From NCBI GenBank assembly GCA_030704615.1, contig CM060731.1, positions 22,630,001-22,694,000 on the forward strand: DNA of 64,000 nt, read 5' to 3'. Position 1 is the stretch's first letter; each line of letters begins with the position of its first letter. The position numbers and the translations under genes were made by a program. Source of the stretch: Takakia lepidozioides. Taxonomy: Eukaryota > Plantae > Bryophyta. Positions 25,401 to 38,369 of this stretch are shown here, one piece after another. The notes beneath the pieces were generated by a model. That model was not told the DNA's origin and made no database searches. It worked only from the letters and a program-made list of their open reading frames with translations.

Positions 25401-27636
25401 CTGAGTAAGGACGACCTAGCCTATCGGTACGATTTCTGCTAACTGTATGCATTGCATTGCATATGTCTGTGTGTACAAAGCAGCAAGGCATCAAGGGTGG
25501 CAAGAACAGAACCCAGACCCATGCTCCTTGTAGGCCAGGGCTCTCCAAGGGAAGGTCCCCTGCAGAAACTGGAGAGTGGTCCGGGTAGCTTCATTATGGA
25601 TCTCACTGGGATGTCTGCGCTTCCATGATTCCTGACAGCTGAAAATAGGTTAGGGTGATGGTGATCCATCAACTGACAAGGACCCAAATGGGAAAAACTA
25701 TTCATGACACACCAGCACCCTCAATTCTGCCCCAGCCTCTCATAGCCAACCCTAAACTCAAATCCTTCTAACTTTTGAAGTGTGGAGTTATAGCATCCTC
25801 TAGAACTTAGTGGTCCCTTCTTTTTTTCCCTTTTTTCTTTTTCCTTTCCTTCCTGTATACTAGTACCAGCGGGTTCTGTTCGCAGTCCGGATTTGATATT
25901 AGTTCTAAATCTCAGAAGAACTAACTTCAAGAGAAGTGTCATGGTTTTAGTCATGGTTACTTAGAAATGATTTATTTCCAGTTGATTATGACATTATAAC
26001 TGGTGGTTTGTTTTGTTTTGTTGTCATGTTCAAATTAAGCGTCGCTACTAGACTCACTTTCAGTCTTCACAACTATTTTAAATATATTTTAACTAATTTT
26101 ACAGAAAATCTTACATGAGGATCGGAGTCGCCCTCGTGAGGTGTTTCATCATCACCCAAACCAAAATTGGTGAAGATACATTTGTATGTTGGGGTGGAGT
26201 GGGTAGATGAATGATGGTGGCTCAAGTGACTCTTAGGTTGAAGCTGAAGACCTACCAAATCTTCAAGGTTGGACCATGCAGAAAGGCTTGCTATGGTGCA
26301 ATGACATCCAGGCTTTCCTAAACCTCTGACTACAACTCCCCCTGAGAAAATGAAGACCCCTTGTGTGATGTCCAACCATACTAGATCCATCTGGGCCTCC
26401 TTTGACACAATTCTAGAGGGCTAGAGATGACATGCATTGTCCAGTGTCATCGCCTCTCAGCGAAAGTAGTAGGTAAAGTAGTTTGGTGAATTCAAATTTC
26501 GTATGATAAATATCATCGACTGTTTTGTCAATGAAAAATTATGTTGCAAAATGTTTATGGTGAAATTTCTCATAAAACTTTAGCTTATTGAGAAATAGTT
26601 TGAAGGCAAAGACTACATAAAAATAGGATCCCCGGGAGGAGGAGTGGGAGCATCAACGTTCCCATGACTCCAAACTTTAAGACAGCCTAAGTTTTCATCT
26701 TGGTTCCCTTGGCTCCTGGTTGTGTCTTTCTGGGGGTTTTTTCATTCTTTCCTCTTTTCCTGTAATGTCTCGGCATCCTCACACTGCCTCTAGTGTGTGG
26801 TGGGGTGATTATCCCCATTGTAAGCAGCCCAGGTTATTTTTTCCAATCCTCTTTTTAATGCATTTTCAAGGGCCTCTGTCCCCTTTAAAAAACCCAACAA
26901 AGACTGGTAGGCATGAGTATAAAATTAATGTGGGCAATTCACCTTTTTTCTTTCGAAATGAAAACCTGGGAGCTTGAGAATCAGGACCTTTCAAGAGGAG
27001 GGGCCAAAATAACCCCCTTTCATTTATGAGCCATTACACAGGAGACACCCCAGACAAAACCCGACACCTTTTTAAATTAAAAGAAACAACACAATGACCA
27101 TGCTTCATCCTCTACTAGGGCTATGCCAGAGGTTGCCTGCAGGTTTAAAGGAGATCAAGTTGGATCCTGCCTAGGGGTGTTTTGCATCCTAGTTAACAAG
27201 GTATTGGGGAAGGTAGACTATCCTACACAGGAGTATTGAAGCCCGCCGGTGCGTTGCAAGACTCCTGCAGGTCCTCTACTCATTTGAAGGTCAAGACAAT
27301 GACAAGCTGTGGCATGTCTTGGATTCAAATCAACTATCTAAAGGCGATCCTGACAATTTTGGAGGAGCAAGCTACAAAGACGTCTGGTGAAACCCATTTC
27401 TATTCATGGATGATATTAGGCATTCCTCACACTACACTTCATTGCACTGTGCAGTGCCTAAATCTACAGTTGCTTGATGAATAATTTGTACACATCTACG
27501 TACTAACAATCTAAGCCATTTGTCTGCTGATTAATTCAAAAACCTTCCAAAATTGTGCAGCTGCGCGTGCATCCTCAACTTCTTTTGCCAAGGTTCACTT
27601 TATAATCAGGCATTCCAAACTTCCAGGAGTCACCCA

Positions 27637-30600
27637 TCAAACAATCCTAATCCATCGACCTGCACACATTGGACAGGAAAACGCCCACCTTCCTGTCCAC
27701 CATGATTCTCTCGCAGTTTGGCTTGGTGCAGAATTGCTGGGGGGTGCCAAAGCTGCTGTTTGTCTCCCACATCGTATGCACTAACCACCCAGCCAGAAAG
27801 CAAGTGTGATCAAATTCTGCAAAGATGTTGGTCCGTACTGTTACAATGCTCTTGCACCACTGAAAAGTTCATCCTCCCGAGTACTACAAGCAGAAAACAG
27901 CCAGGGGGTTTATAAAAGAACCAAATTGCATTGCCCGGTCCCTGCCCAGCCCGTGCAACTTTATATTGGGCCTACCATGAAGAAAGTACAATAACCTTTT
28001 GACACTCTTCTGCCACCACATTACTCATTTCTAAACTCCAACGAGGAGAAAAGGCATCCCCTCTGCACACCACTCCACAAAGCTCCTGGTAGGTGAGGAA
28101 AGACTGGTCAGTTGATTATTACAGGTGCAAATTAGGGGCACCAGTTTGATTAATCTCTACCACTTTACTACTCAATACAAGTTAAAAGTTTGATACAAGA
28201 CAAACCTTATGCCAGACCCCATGTTGAGCAGGCTTCCAAACCGCTGTGATGACATCATGTCGAGAGCCCATCAGGCATGAGAAGCTGCCTAGGCCTATCG
28301 CACTCCGGAGGCCAAATGCAGTATCACGTTCTGCACGCCTACGCTTTCGAGGCCACAACTCAATGGGATTTGGATCCAAGTCTTCGATGCCATCCTCGCA
28401 CTCAAACGCACCTGACCATGGTCCCCCTGACGAATTGCGCCGGCTCCATTCTTCTGCAGGAGGGTGCAGGTCAAGTTCCCGCATCAGCAACCCTGCTATG
28501 TCTGCTCCCCGTGGTCGTGGCAAACTCTGTCATGCACACAACACCTGTCAGCTTCTACACTGTCAAAGATTTACTAGCTTGTAAATACATCTTCGAGCAG
28601 AAATAGGCTCCACATCAGCTTTCACATAGTCTGTAGCCACAGATACAATGCAAGAAATTCCTTTCAAAAATTCCTCAAACATTGTTTGAGGCTTCACATC
28701 AGCTTTTGTGGATGCACAACTTCCTCGGATGGAAGCAATTGAAACAGGGGAGAATTTCTTAAAGTGTCAACGTGCCTAAGGGTGCAAGCAAGGTATTCTA
28801 TGATTGTAGACAAAAAGAACATTGTTAAAGGTAAATAATGCGTTTAAATCTTTGTCCCCAAGTAGTTGCATACACATCAACTACAAATCATGTACATGCT
28901 GAGTGAGATTCAGGTACAAACCTGCATGTGAGGTCCAAGGGAAGCCTCCACAACTTCTGGAGCAACTGTGTACTGGCCATCGATGAAGTGCAATCGAAGG
29001 ATTGGATTGGCGATTCCAACTTGCGACTTGGGCAATGGATGTGGAGTTGATGCAGTACGTTTGCAAAGATCAACCAGCACAAGAAACAAATATTTCACCT
29101 GTACCACAATGACAGATGCTGCCTGTTAGCTTTACCAAACCAAATAAAAATATGAAAGAAAAATAAAAATATATTTATTATTACGTTCCCAGGAGGCCCA
29201 GGGAATGTACTCATACAATGTTGTTTGCCATAGCCTTGTGGCCATTGACCCTGCACCCAGTTTGAGCAGAAGTTATTGGGCAAACCACACACAGCAGATC
29301 GATGCCCCAAAAGTGGTTTGCCCAAAAGGCGGGAGAGAGAATGTACTCATAAGATGTAGCCTTGTGGCCATTGACCCCGCGCCCAGTTTGAGCGGCACAC
29401 AAAGGGACAGAACCTATCTTTGTCAGGGGCTGACGCCGGTACTAAGACTTCCCTTCGAAGGGGGGGGGAGAGAGAGAGAGAGATTGTACTCATAAGACAT
29501 TGTTTGCCGTAGCCTTGTGGCCATTGACCCCACGCCCAGTGAGAGAGAGAGAGAGAGACTTTATGGCAGCTTATTGGACAATCTGAAACATCCTAGAGAA
29601 GAGCAGAGCGTTTCTAAGACACTTGCAGACTCATCGGACTTTGCTTCTGCCCATGCGCACCATGCCTGGTTTGGATGGAGCAGAAATTTGGAGGGGGAGG
29701 AGGGCAAGGGGGTTGGGAACAGAACTACACTCACAGAAGGTTTGCTCCAATAACACAACTTATCTTTTTGAAAGTGAAGTTCTTCTAAATTTTCGCTTAA
29801 GCTCTATATCAAAGCACTTATATATGAGAAATCTGCTATCATGATCATCACGTTTACAAATAAGATGGAGAAAGAGAGAGATACTCTTGCTTTTAGGAAG
29901 AGGGTTTTCACCTCTTCCGAAGTATAACCAAGACCAGCATTGCCATTACCCATACGTGCAGAACGAGAGTTGGCAATGTCATCAGGCCCTTTGATGCCTG
30001 CACTGCTGCGAGCTGTTAAATGGCCTTCCTCTACTTTTATAGCAGCTGTGGAACTGGTATGAGATCCAGACATTGACTCCTCTTTGGCAGGCCCCAGTTT
30101 GATGGCTGCATCACCACCACCACGGGGGGGTGTGCCTCCTACAAATCGAGGAAGCTGGCGCTTCCGAAAAACAAGACAGAACAAGAGAAGCTGACACAAC
30201 CTGTGAAGAAAATGGCAGTCGCCAATGAGGCGCACGGCTGGGGTCCCAGGAAATGTGGCAGTGCCGACACTCAATGGCAACAGACCACCAGGGCCTCCAA
30301 TACTTGTGCTAGGCATTGTGGCAGATGACGGAGCCTCAGCATTAGTGCTGCTGCTGTTGATTTTGGCTATGGCCCCCTGCACCCATGCTTGCACCTGTGC
30401 TGTTCCCCCATTGCTTGCTGCTCCTGATGTCGCCCCTGGCCCAGCCCACCATGCAAGCCACACAAACTGTTAACTCGTTGAGGATTTCAGGTTGACAAGC
30501 ATGTCTGCTCCATGTTCACATATCACCAGCAGTTCAGCAGTTCCTTTCTCCTTTCTGCTCTAGAATTAAGACAAACAGACTAATTCTTACCCTAGCCACA

Positions 30601-33600
30601 AGACTACAACAAACAAAGCCTTATGAGTACATCTCTTACCCTGGTTAGCCGGTGCCGGAGATGGGGTTGCAGTGCTAGGGGAAGTAGAAGAACGCACAGA
30701 ACTGGGCGACATAGAGGTGCCTGAAGCAGCATGGGCACTGGCCAGCGTACGGCAGAAGCTGGCATAACGTCGCACTCTTGTCAAAAAGTGGGAAGCCAAG
30801 TCCAACACTGCATCCGCGTATGCCTGCACACTCACACCCCCTTCCTATGTTAGATCTGTTTCTTTTTCAAAGAAAAGAAGTGCAATAAACAAACACAGCA
30901 CACAGCCCAGAGTTTTAATTGCAAAGGTTCCTGTCTTCTTCACATCAGTCAAGAGTACTTTTGAGTGCAAGAAAGAGAGAGGAGACCTGAATGGTAGGTA
31001 CAAGGGCAGGGTCCACAGCCATGGCATCTACACCAAGTCCTGTTAGGATCTCACTAGAAGCTTGCCATGGCTCAGGTATGAGAGTGGAAGGATTCACTAG
31101 TGCTGCCTCAATCCCACTCCCCAACATATCCAGCATTAAGCGCCCCTGCATGTCCAACACCAGTGCCCGCACATCGGCTGTTTCCACTCCCTCCAGTATT
31201 CGACACTTGATTCGGTCCAAGGCCTGTACCACCACTCTTCAAGCACACGTCCTTAGCTCAAACAAAGTGCCTGCAACTTGGGGAACAGAACTGAAGGCAA
31301 TCTTTCAACATTGTGTCCCTCTAGAAAATAAGGAGAGTCAATGTATTTTCAACAGATTTTGTTACTTTTTCCATATACTTAACGTTTGCAGAATACACGG
31401 ACGATGCACTCAATATCGTATCACAAAAATTAGATAATCTCTTCCCCTTGCGTGAAGAGAATTCTTGAAAGAGTGTGAAGAATAAAGTACAGGGGCATAG
31501 TGCTGACGATGGACAGCACTTGGAAGCACGTGAAAGTCAGCGTCCAGCAGTGCCATCACTCTGCTTACCGTCACTGGCCACATAATCACCCAGCAACATG
31601 ACAATCATATCAGTCAAGTCAGTGCAGCTTTGGCTTCTGGTGCTACAATTATGGAGGGACGAGAGGGGAAGGAGGCTGGAAGAGGAGAAAGGAAGATACT
31701 ACAAAGGAAGGCAAGAAAGAAGAAATGAATTATGTCCATGGGAGGCCCAAGCCAGTTCTACTCCACGATGTAAACTGAAACAGAATACCATACCAGCACC
31801 ATCCTCGGCAGCACATTGGGTACAGGCCACAGCATCCCACCAATCCACCTCACTCACCACACTCCACCAGAACCTGTACATCCATGACACAGGCATAACT
31901 TGCTAGTTGCCACACGATAATGCACAGACATTGCATGCCACAAAAGCACTTCTTTTGAAATTAGATGATGCTATTACTGGGATGTTCCTCTTTCAATGAT
32001 CCTGGACCGTGCATCACTCAAAGCACCAACTAAGGTCCGTTAAACCAATGTCCATGAGGGCCTCTTTTTCAACTATCATATACTTGTGCACCACAAAAGA
32101 TTCATTGAAAGAGGCACATCTGATTCAAATGATGTTTCATAGTCAGGTGTGTCCTGCTGAGAGAATTGGTGGAAATGGTATGTGGCATAGCAGTACAAAC
32201 TAGACCAAACAATCACACAAGCACGTGACAGACAGAGAAACCAAACAACAGGAGTAGGAAGGAGCAAAGATCTTGCCTGTCAGCAAAATGGCGCTCCAAT
32301 CCTAACTGGTTGGAGGTGTTGACAGGTGGGATACGCACAATCCGCAGGCGACAAGAGTCAGTCTTGCGATCATACCATACAGACCCCAGGCAGCAGCTTG
32401 TGGGTGAGAAGGCTGGTAGGGCCAGATTTGAGGAGTTGACGCGTACCAGAAAACTATCAACGGGCACCAGTGCCGTGCCTGAAAAAACATGCACCTCACC
32501 TCCAAAGACCGCCACTGCCACCTCACCTCCATGTCCCGAAAAACTAACCCTGGCTATCAACCTGGGGTTCCCAGGACGGTCAATCTCCATGTGCTTCCGC
32601 AGTTCCTGCTGCTTCTGTTCCAGATATTCCCTTGCAGATTGGGAGCCCCTGCACATTGTCATGCTCTTGTTCACAACGGCTGCCCAAGTAGTGGTCATCG
32701 CGGCTGGGCCCCCAGGACTCTCAAACAGAGGGTGAATAGCCACCTGCTTCTGGGAACTCTCCCACCGTTGTATCCTCCAGCCAGTCAATGATGGCCCATC
32801 GTCTGGGTGCTCCGGCGATATGTAGTACCCTGCATGCCTTCCGAGTAACCTCGACCTTAACAAAACCCCGCTGCTCCCCTCCAGATTGATATTCTATTTC
32901 TGCGTCCTTCTCTTACTACACAACATGTATCATTTACAGGCCCATGGTATAGTTGAGAGACATGTATAGGTCTGCAGATATATCAAAAACATGGATTGGA
33001 AGTTAGAGCTTACCCTCCACGATGACTGTCACTAAAGCAGAACCTCCACGGGAAGGATCAAAGGCAACGACAGTAACTCCAGAACCCCATGCCGTGGATG
33101 CAGATGCTTCAGGACTGACATAAGCAGACAAGTTTGAAATAGGGGAGCAGTGCAGTAGCGGGCCTGCATTGTCCTCATCATCTACCTTGGTATCGGAGGC
33201 AGCCTGCTCCTGCCATGTAAATAAGTAGGCCGCAACTGGCGCAAAGCCAGGCCAAGAGGGAGGAGTAGCTATGAGCGGGGACTGCATGCCGATTACTAGC
33301 TTAGGAGCCACTTGCTGGCTGCTGACTGGGCAGCTCAGACCCCAGGGGGTCACCTCCCACACCACCACCGTTGATGGATTACCAACAGGAACTGCCGCAA
33401 CCAGCAGTGCGCCAGCCTCACTCACAGTCACATCAGCCGTGAAAATACCACTTGGCCCAGCACCTAAGACCCCCTTCTTGGTGGAGTGCCACTTTAGAGG
33501 GTTTCCTGGCCATTGTCGCCAATGCAACTGCACTGTGCCTGACCAGAACACCGTGCACACACACAGAAAATTGGGCCAACGTGCTGCCATCACCCATCCC

Positions 33601-36600
33601 ACCTTCCATCAGAATCTGCATGTCTGTTTTTCTACAAGAAGTGGATGTTCAAACAACATGGTCAGGCCACGTTCTCGGTAGCATTCTTGCTGAAACGCTG
33701 ACATCAGGTCTGCCATATCAAAACGCCTGTCTTTGCCTCTTCAGGTTTGCGAAAAGGGGAAGACCTTGAGATGGACCTCAATCAGATTGCATTGTCAAGT
33801 TCTATCTTTCTCAAAAAACATTCCTGATTGTGTATGTCTAATTTACGTCTGTTTGGCATTGGAGAGGAAGAAAGAAAATGCATGGACAAGAGGCCTAGAG
33901 AGAGGAAGGAGGGCATCTTACCAGTTGCACGAGATTGGTGGGAAAGAAATTTCTCTTCAAAAGAGACTTTTGTGCTTGAGGCTGTAGATGACCACCGGTA
34001 CTGAGCCAGATACATGTTCAAGGAGAAGACACAGATGTAAATGCACAAGTTTTGGTTCCTTAACTGGAATATCAGTTCTGGAGTTGCTGAATGCTCTGGC
34101 CATGCAGTTGAACGGAATCAATTCAGTGACTGAAAGGCAGTACTCACCAAGAGAACTATTTGTGTCAAACTGAACCTAGAGATGCCTGACAGTCCTATAA
34201 GGGGACTCCAGTTATGGCTGTCCTCCTTTCCAATAGAGCCTAGGTACTTTCTCTGATTGTTTCACTTAAGAGAGGCAGCCTTGTGGATAGATTTTCTCCA
34301 TGCAAACAGTTTGATGTCCGACGTACATCGTGCACAAGGCAAAGTCAAAGAATCTACTTCTACTATAGAAGTGCATTTCCATATGTTGCAACAGCACTTG
34401 ATGTAGTCAGAAGTCATACACTCCCAGCTTCTTTACAACTACCCTCCTCAAGGAGAAGGACACTACTCCACATTAACCTCTCCTTTATCTTGCTGTTTTG
34501 CCAACTACTGGAATGATTCAGAGAAGAGATCAATAATGATACCGGTGAGACACCAGCAACCCACTTGGTGAGGACAGACTGCTCCTGCTGCCACTCATGC
34601 TCACAGTTCCATCCATTAATAGTGTGCGCCACATTAACCCCCCCCTGCATACCAGCCCTCGTTTTCAGCATTAGTGCAAACTCATCACATTCAATCATCC
34701 CCAGACAGGTAAGCAGCCAAGATAGAGGAGTGGAGCAAGGTGGGTGTCATCCATACTGTTTCACAGATTTTGCAAATTATTTTACTGTTGAAAAGCTGCT
34801 TTAGCTACCAGAAGCTCAGCAACAGTGAGATTCTCAGCACAGACAAAATGAGCAAATGAGAGTTACTTGAGTGGGCTGAGTCCAGATGGTAACCCTGCCA
34901 CCATCGGCTGCAGCTAACAGGGCACGCGGGCATGAAATCGGTGACCACTCCAGGAACTGCATTGACTCACCAAGCGAGTCTGCAGCTTGTTTTGTCAAAA
35001 AGCGACTGGGCAAAACTTTTAAATCACCATAGGGGAAAAAGGGTGGAAGCTTTTGGACAAAGTAAACACAGGAGCCAGATAAGATAAAGTTTCTTTAACA
35101 TCCAGTGAATTTACAGAACCTACTGCTCAACACACAGCCCATCGAGGGGCCAATGGACGGTTTGAAGGCACATGTTGAAGGATTGAACCGAGGATCACCC
35201 AGGTTATGCACAGGCAAGGCACAAATACCCAACCACTGGGCTACCTGCTCAAGTGCCGTGAAACTCAAAACTAAGAAAGTATGAAAGACAAGTCAGAGAA
35301 CCTTCAAGAGCCAACCAAAGGTAAAAACTAAGAGGACAATACCAGCCGTGACATTTAAGATGGAATGTTCCATAGGACGTTCTGGGACCACCACATGCAC
35401 TGGTATCCAAAAAGCCGGTTGCTGACTGGACCTGATCCCATCCATGCATCATCTCCCACTGAGGCAGTTGGCCTTCCACCCAATGTATACAGAGGGAACA
35501 AAAGATGATCCATCTTATAGCCATGGATTGATGCTCTCATGCACCTAGTTTGTTGAGCCAAAAGAGGCACAACCCCCTCAAACTTTGAACTATTTCAAGT
35601 ACTTGCTGACACAACAAAGAAAATACCCAGACTAAATGATACAGCTAGTATAACCACTTTTGCAGTACAAAACATCTCCACATCACAACATCTTCCGCAC
35701 TTCAGATGTTTGGTCTTGTTTATGTTCCCAATTGCTGCTTTTTAGTCGTGGACTTCGGTGAATGACCATAATCTTTATCTCCCTAATAAGATCTGTGCCC
35801 AGCAACAATGTGACTTGCTCCACAATAGAATCTGATAGCTAAAAGTTCAGGCACCCTATCTGGAGTAGGTTGCTAGAAATCAGTGTACCAAGATTCATTG
35901 GCAATCCACAGTTCCTGAATGCATGTACTTGTTCCTTAAACCCAAAACCTCGACAGATTGCCTAACACAGAGAAGAAAATAAATCAGAATGTGGAGGGGG
36001 CAGACAGAGAGAGAGAGAGGAAAAGGTCAGGACCCTTGATCTCTCGCACAGGTCTCTGCAGCACAACAAATAATGTTGGTTCTGGCACACCATGCAACTG
36101 CACTGCACAATGGCCACAATATGTGTGAGTTTCAATGGAATCTACGAAAAGGGAAGAAAGGCTGTAATAGGCATTCCGTTTCTACTATTGCACACACTGG
36201 ATCCAGCAGTGAGAATTTTACTCGTCCTGAGTTTATTTCAGAGTAAAGTGCAGAATCCTCGCTGCTATTGTCCCATTTAACACCAAAAGTGGATATCTCC
36301 TGGTTTGCTGTTCACAACCTCTAGAAGGCGAAATACTTCCCCACCGCCCTCCTCAGCTTTTGGTTAGAATCTCAGAAGAGACTGGAGAGGTTTTAGAACA
36401 AAGACGAAAAGAAGCAGCGAGTCCCAAAGTTCGAAGAACCAGAGGACGGGTAGAATAATACAGAGAACTTTTCGTCAAAGGGAATTGTGGGAGCCGCAAG
36501 AGGGACAGGGAAAAAGAGGACCTGAAAGTTCTGCACAGTTGAGGGAAAGCCATCTTGTGAGGAGACGTGAACGAGGCGGGAAGCAATGAAATTTGCAGAA

Positions 36601-36715
36601 TGGTGGTGGCCGATTCCCTCTCCTCCTCCTCATCGTCTTCATCTGCGTCCTGGCAATCCGCTTTCCTGGTGGCCCTCCATGCTGCCTCTCCATCCCCTTC
36701 CTCACTGGCATTCAT
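27637..36715 (-). CDS. MED16: Mediator subunit 16 (SFR6). About 16 exons at approx. 36715-36522, 36102-36034, 35431-35343, 34981-34867, 34645-34545, 34003-33922, 33587-33014, 32830-32277, 31874-31794, 31585-31490, 31223-30987, 30823-30640, 30440-29912, 29098-28922, 28526-28207, 27780-27637
   Basis: SFR6 motifs in order: HKMAFPQLCRTFSAVAWC, FWIPVHVVVPERP, FLEWSPISCPRALL, ARWPNFLCVC, GWRIQRWE, FWWS...DWWDAVACTQ, LDADFH, ALDRIKCRILEG, AVLDLASHFLTRVRRYASFC, VEASLGPHMQ, MPRPRGAD, and C-terminal CIRCGRQT...WAFSCPMCAGRWIRIV*. Confidence 0.93.
29204..29560. repeat. Three imperfect ~140-bp-period repeats with (GA)n in a MED16 intron
   Basis: TGTACTCATA...TAGCCTTGTGGCCATTGACCC...CCCAGT at ~29204, ~29340 and ~29484. 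Confidence 0.8.
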
Positions 36716-37180
36716 ATCTGCCACAATGTGTGCCTGTATATCTACCTAAGCCTCACCCATCAATAATCTGGAAAACGAACACAATGAAGCCTACCCAAAT
36801 GGGAAAAGGAGTCATGAAGTTTGTGGGCTCGGGCATTGCACATTCAAGCCTGTGCAGTGTGCGGCCAAAGGCACCACTTTGATGCGCCCAATCTGTCCTT
36901 GTCATTCAAATCCTCCCTTCCGTATTCCACAGGACCATGTCAAATCCTATCGCTTGGATTTGCAAAGCGAACCCTTTTACTATAATCGATCACTAATCAT
37001 TCAATCATCCCAACCACAAATTTCTGAAGCCAGAGTATTCGAGCTTCCCAAACAGTGGGATACCGACTCCAGTTTTAGCAAGACGAAGACCTAAATATCC
37101 ATATGCCCTTCCTTACACCGGCAATGCAATCAAGTCCCATCCTCTAGCATAGCTGATTCTTTCTTTGAGGTGTTGAACTC

Positions 37181-37610
37181 CAGATCACTCCAGTTCTCAC
37201 CTCCGATTTATAACCCTAAAAGGTCGCTGAATCACAAAGACCCATCAGCGTAAAACATTCGATTTCAACAGAAAAGTTTTCGAAAAATTTGATGGGTAGG
37301 AAGAAGACTGTGCAAACAGGCTCTCCATGGCAGTTTCGCAGGCGCAGCGATGGCTACGAGTTCCCCTGCTCTTCTAAGCGCGGGGGAGGCCCTGCCCAAG
37401 GCCCTTGCTTAGCCTTGCGGTGGATGGGAGGAAATTCTGATATCACGCATCAGATCATCGGGTCGGGATGGGCAGCTGAAATGGAATAGTCTGGTCTTGG
37501 TCCCGGACAGACCCAAGAGATGGCCTGCCTCCCCACCCTCCAGGGATAACAGAGAAAGGTACGAGCCGTCATACTGTGTGTGTAGGAGCTATCCAGCTTC
37601 AATTTGTCCA
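37181..37610 (+). repeat. Copy of the PPR upstream segment 10745-11215
   Basis: Reverse-complement match. It keeps ATGGCTACGAGTTCCCCTGCTCTTCT (MATSSPALLSAG), corresponding to MAASSPALLSAG at 11067. Confidence 0.9.
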
Positions 37611-38369
37611 TGACCGAAGCAAAACCCGTCATACAGCTGTGTAATCGACACTCTTGCCCTCCTTCCATCAGCTCCATCAGTATCTTCTGAAATACATGCA
37701 GTGCATGATACATTCACCCTATTTCCATTGAGTGCATCATTGAGAGAGAGATAGGCAATTGTATATTTTAGCCATAGCCCCTGTGGACACCACGTGTTTG
37801 GGGAAACGGTCACCAGGAGCTGCTTAAAGATCAAAGTTGAAAGTGTTGGACGCAGGCCAAACATTGAGCAGAGATGGGCTCTGGCAGGAGTTCTTCTCAG
37901 ATCCTTCACAGTGGTGGGACAACAGGTGTGATAAGGTCAGTTTCTTTGTTGACGATCTGGAAGAGTGTCAAGCGGGGCTTGTACTGAAGCTGGTATTATG
38001 ATATTTGGTCGACTGAATTGTATCCCTGTATCTATGTGCTTTATTTGATTGATTTTTCTCTGCGTCCAAGCAAATGTGGCTTTCGTACTGTGCTCTATCG
38101 CCAACAGTACGTTTTTCTTCCTTCTTAGCCGGGCATGCAGGTAGGTTGCTCAAGGTTAGGCCCTGGTAGTTGCAAGAGACTTCGAACTTTGGTGGTTGTG
38201 TGAGGCTGTGTTGCAACAATGGCTGCACAGATGCCCACTGGTGCCTCTAACAGATAAGTCCAAGATCACCAGACTTCAGACATAAGCAAATGAAGGAGGC
38301 CCTTTGGGTTGAGGGTTGGTCTAACCCTCCTTGGGTGAACAGAGCTAGCTGCCCTCATGCAAAGTCAAG

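Noticed and set aside
22600-27500. Short ORFs between the MFS gene and MED16
   Set aside because: No recognisable motifs or consistent exon chain.
29204-29560. CRISPR-like array
   Set aside because: It lies in a eukaryotic intron, the repeats are long and imperfect, and there are no cas genes.
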